Assembly (NCBI GenBank): GCA_034434095.1
Contig: DAOTZN010000289.1
Span: forward strand, 1 to 41,186
DNA length: 41,186 bases
Reading direction: 5' to 3'
From: Anaerolineales bacterium
GTDB lineage: Bacteria > Chloroflexota > Anaerolineae > Anaerolineales > DRKV01
Numbering within the stretch: position 1 is the stretch's first letter; each line of letters starts with the position of its first letter. A program made the translations under genes and the position numbers. Of the stretch, positions 34,680 through 41,186 are shown one piece after another. The notes under the pieces were generated by a model. It worked only from the letters and a program-made list of their open reading frames with translations, did no database searches and was not told the DNA's origin.

Positions 34680-37487
34680 ATGAAAATTGACTTGCCCACC
34701 ATCGTTGCCATTGACGTAGAAACCACCGGCCTGGATACAAACAAAGACGCCATTATCGAAATCGGTGCGGTACGCTTTCGAGGTCCGGTTGTCGAAGAGG
34801 AATGGAGCACGCTCATTAATCCGGGGCGCCCCATTCCCCCGGAAATCACCCACTTGACCGGCATCCATAACGAAACAGTTGCAGATGCCCCCTACCTGCA
34901 ACAGGTGTACGCCGACTTGCTAGATTTTGTGGGGAATGCGCCCGTCCTGGGGCACAATGTCAAATTCGACCTGGCCTTTTTGAGCCGCCCAGGCGGTTTT
35001 TTGAACAATCCCCCCATTGACACCTACGAAATGGCCGCCATCCTGATGCCGCGCGCCGGGCGCTACAAATTAGGCGCGCTGGCAGAAGCACTGGGCATTG
35101 AACTGCCCGCCACTCACCGCGCCCTGGATGATGCGCGCGTCACGCACGTCCTGTTTCTGGAATTGTTCAAGATGGCGCAGGCCTTGCCGCTTAAATTGCT
35201 GGCTGAAATTGTGCGTCAGAGTTCGCAATTGCCCTCGTGGCATGGGTATTGGGCATTTCAACAAGCCTTACGCCTGCGCGGCCGGCAACCCATCCGAGGC
35301 GGGAGCGCACACGAAGATGCGCCATTATTCCGGAAACCACACGGTCAGGCGCCCCCTCCTTTGCAACTCCCTAAAGCACCTCGTCCACTAGATATCGAAG
35401 CGGTTGTCAGCCTGTTGACGCCCGGAGGGGCTTTTGCCCGGTATATGGAGACGTTTGAACACCGTCAGGAGCAGGTTGCCATGCTCGAGGTCGTCGCTAC
35501 TGCCATCTCCGAAAATCGGCACTTGATGGTGGAGGCCGGCACCGGCACCGGAAAATCTATCGCTTACCTGTTACCGGCTGCCCTGTGGGCTTACGAAAAC
35601 CAAACGCGGGTGGTGATTTCCACCAACACCATCAACTTGCAAGACCAATTACTCAACAAGGATATCCCCACCATTCGCGCAGCGCTCCAATTGGATATTC
35701 GCGCCGCAGTACTCAAGGGGCGCAGTCACTACGTGTGCCCACGTCGTCTGGAAAACCTGCGTCGGCGCGGCGTGGAAACCCCGGCCGAACTACGCGTACT
35801 GGGCAAAGTGCAAGTATGGATGCAGTACGGTGGCAGCGGAGACCGTACAGAAATCAATCTGAACGGCCCGGAAGAACGCGAAGCCTGGCAACGCATTTCT
35901 GCAGAAGACGAAGGCTGCACAGCCGAAACCTGCCTCAAACGCACCGGCGGCGCCTGCCCATTTTACCGCGCCCGACAGGCTGCCCACAGCGCGCATATCC
36001 TCATCGTCAACCACGCCTTGCTGTTGGCCGACATGGTGGTGGGAAATCGCGTATTGCCCGAGTACAGCCACGTCATCATTGACGAGGGGCATCATCTGGA
36101 AGATGCCGTAACCAGCGCGTTAAGTACGCAACTCACGGCCTGGGATATTGAACGTTTGGTGCGCGAACTGGGAAGCCCCTCCACGGGCGTGCTGGCGCGT
36201 CTACTCCATCTGGGAGACGAATTGCTAGAACCCAGTCAGGGGGCGGCACTAAACCGGCTGGCCGAGCAGATCACTACAAACGCCTTTCAGTTTCAAAACC
36301 AGGCCAGGCAATTTTTTGGAGTACTCGACCAATTTTTGTACGAAGTGCGCGCGGGACAGGGCGTCGGGACTTATGGTCAACAAGTGCGCATCCTGCCGGC
36401 CACCCGCACTCAGCCCGCCTGGCTGGATGTGGAAACGGCCTGGGAAGAGGCAACGCAGTCCTTCCGTTTGCTGGATGAGTACTTGAAACAAGTGGTGCAG
36501 GCAGCCGGGGAAATGGCAGAAAGCGAATTGGAAGAGATGGAAGATACCTTCAGCATGTTGAGCAACTTGTACCATCGCATAATGGAGGCTTACACCACCA
36601 TTGATGAACTGGTCTTTCATCCTTCTTCCGACCGCGTCTACTGGGTGGAGGCACGCGCATCCTATAACAACTTGAAAATCAACAGCGCCCCACTGCACGT
36701 TGGACCGCTGATGGAACGATACCTGTGGCATGAAAAGGACGCCGTTATCGTTACCTCTGCTACCCTGACAGCAGCCGGTGAATTTGATTACATCAAAAAC
36801 CGCTTGAACGCCTACGATGCGGATGAACTAACCCTCGGCTCCCCCTTCGATTATGAATCATCCGCCCTGCTATACATTCCCAAGGATATTCCCGAACCAC
36901 AAGACCGGCATGGACATCAACGTGCTATTGAACAAGGCCTGGTGCGCCTGTGCCGCGCTACCGGCGGGCGCGCGTTGGTACTGTTCACTTCCTACGAACA
37001 GTTGCGCCGTACCTCGCGTGCCATTCGCCCAATTTTAGAACGCGATAACATCAGTGTGCTGGAACAAGGGGAAGGGGCTTCGCCACACGCCCTGTTAGAG
37101 ACCTTCCGCAGCGGAGAACAAACCGTACTCCTGGGGACGCGCGCCTTTTGGGAGGGGGTAGACATCCCCGGAGAGGATCTCTCCGTTTTGGTAATTGTCA
37201 AACTCCCTTTTGGGGTGCCCTCAGACCCCATTATCGCCGCCCGCTCAGAGACTTTCGACGATGCCTTCTACCAGTATTCCATTCCCGAGGCCATCTTGCG
37301 CTTTCGACAAGGCTTCGGACGGCTAATCCGCACCCGTCAAGACCGCGGCGTGGTGGTCATCATGGATCGCCGTGTGCTGACAAAACGTTACGGCCAACTG
37401 TTTCTGGAATCGCTACCCCAATGCACCATGCGGGTGGACAGTCTGAACAACCTGCCAGAGGCCGCGGCTCGCTGGCTGGGATTATAA
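34680..37487 (+). CDS. dinG: bifunctional DnaQ-like 3'-5' exonuclease / DinG-family (XPD-like) ATP-dependent DNA helicase
   Basis: N-terminal Exo motifs VAIDVETTGLD, GHNVKFDLAFL and HRALDDARV. Helicase motifs EAGTGTGKS and DEGHHLED. Four Cys (353, 413, 418, 426) are spaced like the DinG/XPD 4Fe-4S ligands. 935 aa. Confidence 0.9.
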   Translation: MKIDLPTIVAIDVETTGLDTNKDAIIEIGAVRFRGPVVEEEWSTLINPGRPIPPEITHLTGIHNETVADAPYLQQVYADLLDFVGNAPVLGHNVKFDLAFLSRPGGFLNNPPIDTYEMAAILMPRAGRYKLGALAEALGIELPATHRALDDARVTHVLFLELFKMAQALPLKLLAEIVRQSSQLPSWHGYWAFQQALRLRGRQPIRGGSAHEDAPLFRKPHGQAPPPLQLPKAPRPLDIEAVVSLLTPGGAFARYMETFEHRQEQVAMLEVVATAISENRHLMVEAGTGTGKSIAYLLPAALWAYENQTRVVISTNTINLQDQLLNKDIPTIRAALQLDIRAAVLKGRSHYVCPRRLENLRRRGVETPAELRVLGKVQVWMQYGGSGDRTEINLNGPEEREAWQRISAEDEGCTAETCLKRTGGACPFYRARQAAHSAHILIVNHALLLADMVVGNRVLPEYSHVIIDEGHHLEDAVTSALSTQLTAWDIERLVRELGSPSTGVLARLLHLGDELLEPSQGAALNRLAEQITTNAFQFQNQARQFFGVLDQFLYEVRAGQGVGTYGQQVRILPATRTQPAWLDVETAWEEATQSFRLLDEYLKQVVQAAGEMAESELEEMEDTFSMLSNLYHRIMEAYTTIDELVFHPSSDRVYWVEARASYNNLKINSAPLHVGPLMERYLWHEKDAVIVTSATLTAAGEFDYIKNRLNAYDADELTLGSPFDYESSALLYIPKDIPEPQDRHGHQRAIEQGLVRLCRATGGRALVLFTSYEQLRRTSRAIRPILERDNISVLEQGEGASPHALLETFRSGEQTVLLGTRAFWEGVDIPGEDLSVLVIVKLPFGVPSDPIIAARSETFDDAFYQYSIPEAILRFRQGFGRLIRTRQDRGVVVIMDRRVLTKRYGQLFLESLPQCTMRVDSLNNLPEAAARWLGL

Positions 37488-37606
37488 AGTGCAGAGTGCA
37501 AAGTGGGAAGCGGGAAGTGCAGAGTGTAGAGCCCCTACGGGCAAAACACCTTTCGCCCCTACGGGCACACTAACTAACTACCCAACTACCTAACTACCTA
37601 ACTACC
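37487..37606 (+). repeat. low-complexity intergenic block: AAGTGCAGAGTG x2 (37487, 37515), GCCCCTACGGGCA x2 (37531, 37555), TAACTACC-type tandem (37571-37606)
   Basis: Direct repeats read from the sequence. The block fills the entire dinG/lipoprotein convergent gap and runs into the lipoprotein stop codon. Confidence 0.8.
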
Positions 37607-38699
37607 AGGGCACAAAACCCAACAAGGTCTCAGGGTATTTATCCGTCACCAGTAAAAAGCCGCGCCCCGGCAAGCGGACAAGGCCTTCCCAATTGCGCGC
37701 TTCCCCATCGGTGGCCAGTTGTAGATAGATAGGCGCCTGGGGCAATAAGGTGATGCCCGTCTCATTCCAGCGAAAGGCCACTAAACGCTCGACTATTTCG
37801 CTGTGGGCGTGCGTTTCACCCAAACCGTATTGCACTGCCAGGGGGTCATCAGGGGTGCGCTGCTCCACATCCCCAGGGTAAAAGTAATTGATGCCCCAAA
37901 AAACGCCCTGCGCATCCAGGGTGCTGACATCCGTCAGACGGTACTCGAGACGAGGAAAAGACACCTGCGCTACGGGCGCCATCTGTGAAGAAAAGACCTG
38001 CGCCGCAGGCGCGGGGTTGAGGCGCGCCCCGTTGACTTCGTAGAAGGCCGCTACGCCCTGGGGCGTCAGCAGCAAACTCTCATCGCTCTTGTTGGGAATG
38101 TCGGCCGGGAGGGAAATTTCGGTCAGCGAGTCAACGTCTATGCGCAAGGCGCTCAAATCAGGCGCTATGAATCCGCGCACCAGGTAGCCTTTCATGCTGC
38201 CGGGCGAGGCTTCAATCGTCAGGTAAGCGGTCTCGCCATCGAAAGCAAGCGCTTCAAAGCCTTCAAAGCCGGGGATTTGCCTGGGCAGGTCTCCCCACCA
38301 CAACGGCAGGGCACGCGGTTCGAGGGGCGAGGCCGTCTCCAGAGCGTTCAGGATTTCTTCCTGGGAGAGCACAAACAAAGCGCCATCGGCATCCTCGGCT
38401 TGGGCAGTGAAGCGGTTGGGGTATTGAGGCAGGAGGACGAGGGTTTCGCCATACCAGGCCATGCCGGAGTATTCGGCACTGCGCCGGGCTGCCGGACCAT
38501 CCAGGGGCAACAGGGTGACGGGGACTTCGGTCACCTTGGGGGGTGGGGTATTTGTGGAAACGGGAACACCTGGAACGGTCGGCGTTGGTACCCGAGGGGT
38601 TGGGGAAACTTCGGGGAGTGCGGAAGGAACCATCGGGGCCGTGCCGCAGGCAGTCAGCAACAAAAGAAGGGCAAGTGCAAGGGGAAGATACGGTTTCAT
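37602..38699 (-). CDS. secreted lipoprotein with Pro/Thr-rich linker and beta-propeller-like domain (function unknown)
   Basis: ATG 38699 gives MKPYLPLALALLLLLTACG (lipobox). This is followed by the PTPRVPTPTVPGVPV linker and then a roughly 300-aa domain. Resemblance to phytase-like/SdiA-regulated propellers is only an impression. Confidence 0.7.
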   Translation of the reverse strand: MKPYLPLALALLLLLTACGTAPMVPSALPEVSPTPRVPTPTVPGVPVSTNTPPPKVTEVPVTLLPLDGPAARRSAEYSGMAWYGETLVLLPQYPNRFTAQAEDADGALFVLSQEEILNALETASPLEPRALPLWWGDLPRQIPGFEGFEALAFDGETAYLTIEASPGSMKGYLVRGFIAPDLSALRIDVDSLTEISLPADIPNKSDESLLLTPQGVAAFYEVNGARLNPAPAAQVFSSQMAPVAQVSFPRLEYRLTDVSTLDAQGVFWGINYFYPGDVEQRTPDDPLAVQYGLGETHAHSEIVERLVAFRWNETGITLLPQAPIYLQLATDGEARNWEGLVRLPGRGFLLVTDKYPETLLGFVPW

Positions 38700-38751
38700 G
38701 GCAGGGAAAGAATTTGAGATTTGTCGTCGGCAAATGGGGTACAATGAAGGC

Positions 38752-39186
38752 ATGGAAAGCCGTCCTCAACGACCGCCACGCCCTCTGGGTGTCACTTTGC
38801 TCAGCATGGCCGACGCATTTATCGCCGGGCTGGCACCCGTCTTTGCCACGGTATTGTGGGTGCTGAAGAGCAAGCCACAATCCGGCGGTGGGGCAGCCTT
38901 GCTCACCGCCGGTCTGGGAGCAATGATTGTTTTTACCGCGCTGGGTGCCTTCGCGGGGCACGATCCATCCCGCAGCGCGTTGATTTACCTGTTGGTATTG
39001 TATTACGGTTTGCAAATTTTTGCGCAGGTTGTGCTGATTATCACCACGCCTGACTCGCCAACCCAGTTAATGGCCAGCAGCAAAATCCTGGGGATGCTGC
39101 TGTGGACAGGGCTGAATGTGTGGTATTTCTTGCGCCCAAATACGCTGATTTTTTACCGCCATCCCATCAATCATGACGAACGGTGA
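38752..39186 (+). CDS. small integral membrane protein (about 4 TM helices)
   Basis: This is the C-terminal part of ORF 38461-39186, whose upstream part overlaps the lipoprotein gene. The start is uncertain (ATG 38734, 38752 or 38806). The stop is 3 nt before the next gene. Confidence 0.55.
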   Translation: MESRPQRPPRPLGVTLLSMADAFIAGLAPVFATVLWVLKSKPQSGGGAALLTAGLGAMIVFTALGAFAGHDPSRSALIYLLVLYYGLQIFAQVVLIITTPDSPTQLMASSKILGMLLWTGLNVWYFLRPNTLIFYRHPINHDER

Positions 39187-39189
39187 CTT

Positions 39190-40923
39190 ATGGAAGAGCA
39201 ACCATTGCTAGCCTACCATGCCGCGATTGAAGATTTCCGCGAGGCCCGCCGGCAGGCCGCGCTGGAGATGCTGGTGGCAAAACTACGCGGGCGCTCGGCT
39301 AACCTGCTGCCCTTCGAGACAGTGCGCCAGAAATTACGCGCCGTGGAAGGCAAAAACGTTGGTTTGCAGGATATTCCGCTGGATGCCATCGTCGGTAGCG
39401 TGGGACGTTATACCGATTTCACCCGCAGTTTCTTGCCCAAGGGCAATGTGGACCCGCACCGCTGGGCGCAGGTCAATCAAAAGGCGGCCGGGCTGCGAGG
39501 CCTACCTCCGATTGAGGTATACAAGGTGGGAGAGGCTTACTTCGTCAAAGACGGCAATCATCGCGTCTCGGTAGCGCGTCGCAACGGAGCGCACAGCATT
39601 CAGGCGTATGTGACTGAAGTGCAGACGCGTGTGCCGCTGGCTGCCGAAGATGATATCGACGACCTGATTCTCAAGGCCGAGTATGTGCGCTTCCTGGAAC
39701 GCGTGCCGATTGACCGGCTGCGCCCAAAGGCCAAAGTAATGGTCACCGAGCCAGGCAAATACGACCTATTGGAAGAACACATTCGGGTACACCGCTATTT
39801 TATGGGGCTGGAAAAGCGGCGCGGCATTGACTGGGAGGAGGCGGTTGTTTCCTGGTACGACAATGTGTATTTGCCGGTCGTGCGCATCATCCGACGCGAG
39901 GGCTTGCTGCGTCACTTCCCAGGACGTACCGAAACCGACTTGTATTTGTGGCTGGCCGAACATCAGCGTGAAATCCAGGAGAAACTGGGGTGGGAGGTCA
40001 GCGTAGATGAAACCGCCAGGGGGTTACACCAGCGTATTGGGCATCGCCTGCGCTATTGGTGGGAACAAACCACCCAAAGGCTATACGACCTACTGGTGCC
40101 AGACCCCATGGAAAGCGGGCCATCCCCCGGTACCTGGCGGCAGGAGAAGCAGCAGGCAGAAAGTCATTTGTTCGATACGCTCTTGATCCCCGTCAAAGGG
40201 GATGATGATACCTGGGAGGTGGTTACCCAGGCTGCGCTGTTTGGTCAACGAGATGGCAGCATATTGCGTGGTCTGCATGTGGTGCCGGATAAACATAGCG
40301 CCAGCCTGCTGCGTCCACAAATGTTACAAAGCGCCTTTTCGCAGCACTGTAATGAGGCTGGCGTAAGTGGTTCACTGACCATTGCCGTCGGTGATGTGCA
40401 ACGTGAGGTTTGCAGTCGCGCTCGCTGGGCCGACCTGGTAGTGGTGCGTTTGCGCTATCCGCCTGGGCCGCGGGTATGGCAGCGCTGGCGTTCTGGTTTC
40501 CGCACATTGTTGCGACGTTGCCCGCGCCCAATTTTGGCCGTACCAGGACAAGCCACAAAGATGGAACGCGCTTTGTTGGCCTTTGACCATACCCCCAAGG
40601 CACGCGAGGCGCTGTATGTGAGCGCTTATCTGGCCGCCAAGTGGGGCACACACTTGACCGTGCTGAGCGTGAAAGCGCCCCTGGTAAAGGGAGAACCGTT
40701 AAGCGATGCCCGCGCCTATCTGGAGAAATTGGGGGTTTCGGCAGATTATGTGCAAGATGAAGGCGATCCAGCCGAACGTATCACCCACCACCTGCAACAC
40801 GGCAATTACGACGTGCTTCTCATCGGCAGTTATAATCGTAGTCCTTTGCGGGAGATACTGTTGGGTAGCGTGCTGGAAAGTGTGCTGCAACGGGTGCACA
40901 TTCCGGTGTTGATTTGCCGATAA
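39190..40923 (+). CDS. fusion protein: N-terminal ParB/Srx-like domain, central helical domain, two C-terminal universal stress protein (USP) domains
   Basis: ParB/Srx-like pattern IPLDAIVGS...PPIEVYKVGEAYFVKDGNHRVSVARRNG (DGNHR at 39550-39564). USP-like LLIPVKGDDDTWEVV... and LLAFDHTPKAREAL...DVLLIGSYNRSPLREILLGSVLESVLQRVHIPVLICR. Confidence 0.75.
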   Translation: MEEQPLLAYHAAIEDFREARRQAALEMLVAKLRGRSANLLPFETVRQKLRAVEGKNVGLQDIPLDAIVGSVGRYTDFTRSFLPKGNVDPHRWAQVNQKAAGLRGLPPIEVYKVGEAYFVKDGNHRVSVARRNGAHSIQAYVTEVQTRVPLAAEDDIDDLILKAEYVRFLERVPIDRLRPKAKVMVTEPGKYDLLEEHIRVHRYFMGLEKRRGIDWEEAVVSWYDNVYLPVVRIIRREGLLRHFPGRTETDLYLWLAEHQREIQEKLGWEVSVDETARGLHQRIGHRLRYWWEQTTQRLYDLLVPDPMESGPSPGTWRQEKQQAESHLFDTLLIPVKGDDDTWEVVTQAALFGQRDGSILRGLHVVPDKHSASLLRPQMLQSAFSQHCNEAGVSGSLTIAVGDVQREVCSRARWADLVVVRLRYPPGPRVWQRWRSGFRTLLRRCPRPILAVPGQATKMERALLAFDHTPKAREALYVSAYLAAKWGTHLTVLSVKAPLVKGEPLSDARAYLEKLGVSADYVQDEGDPAERITHHLQHGNYDVLLIGSYNRSPLREILLGSVLESVLQRVHIPVLICR

Positions 40924-40995
40924 GGGTTCGTCCATAAATTGCGTTAAGGTTTGGGGGCTGTATCATCTCAATACCCTGGGGCTTTTAGCGTTTTC

Positions 40996-41060
40996 TACCA
41001 CAAAGGCTCGAAGACACAAAGTCTTTAGCCTTTCCTTCATGCCTTTGGGACTTCGTGGTA
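40996..41060 (+). repeat. imperfect long hairpin built from CACAAAG/CTTTGTG-type words, followed by a T-rich stretch (possible terminator of the ParB-USP operon)
   Basis: TACCAC (40996) pairs with GTGGTA (41055), and CAAAGGC (41001) pairs with GCCTTTG (41041). The word composition is similar to 34428-34492. Confidence 0.45.
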
Positions 41061-41186
41061 ACATTTTTATTGCGCCCTATGGTCGATCTCCCTATATTTT
41101 TTTGAGAAGTCGCCATGAACTCTGTTCACCACCAAGCATGAAAATGTGCTATAACCTGAGCACTCGGCTAACACAGAGGTCGTTTA

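Noticed and set aside
38263-39015. 250-aa minus-strand ORF and the upstream part (38461-38751) of the 241-aa plus-strand ORF
   Set aside because: Both overlap the lipoprotein gene or the membrane-protein gene in other frames and are Arg/Pro/Gly-rich. Only the TM-rich C-terminal part of the plus-strand ORF looks genuine.
1-41186. Search by eye for rRNA, tRNA, transposases, integrases, restriction-modification, toxin-antitoxin, cas, reverse transcriptase or other known defence genes
   Set aside because: I recognised none in any frame or intergenic region. The window looks like core chromosome, so I do not claim a new defence or mobile system.

Overview
This 41.2-kb chromosomal window carries mostly housekeeping and metabolic operons on both strands. 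The protein flavour suggests a Chloroflexota-like bacterium, but that is inference only. I support 34 CDS. They comprise: a TetR regulator plus an ABC-2/HlyD/2xNBD exporter (456-5441); a radC-like gene; a cytoplasmic GH-like/NTF2-like protein; gyrA; galE; and a 1143-aa secreted metzincin-type multidomain protein. There is also a complete SUF Fe-S assembly locus, with sufC-sufB-sufD-orf101-sufS-sufU-Rieske on the minus strand and a divergent sufR-sufT-hyp on the plus strand. The rest are a LIV-type ABC importer, a CBS-ACT protein, a MoxR-DUF58-2xDUF4129 operon, an exonuclease-DinG fusion, a lipoprotein, and a small membrane protein followed by a ParB/Srx-like-USP fusion. I saw no rRNA, tRNA, CRISPR, transposase, integrase, toxin-antitoxin or recognisable defence genes, so I cannot name a clear new multi-gene system. 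The most unusual signals are non-coding. First, an 11-copy 29-bp tandem array at the left edge has an invariant 12-mer and a decaying hairpin arm. Second, a family of short GAA(A)-capped stem-loops and exact 23-bp and 29-bp repeats is shared between distant intergenic regions, concentrated in the 542-bp moxR/dinG divergent region. Third, two back-to-back consensus promoters in the suf control region are embedded in an 11-bp inverted repeat. Coding oddities worth follow-up are the translationally coupled 101-aa ORF inside the suf operon, the triple 111-aa repeat in the metzincin protein, a GyrA without a canonical GyrA-box, the transglutaminase-less MoxR operon, the exonuclease+Fe-S DinG, and the ParB/Srx-USP fusion. 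All domain calls come from motif recognition by eye. No searches were run.
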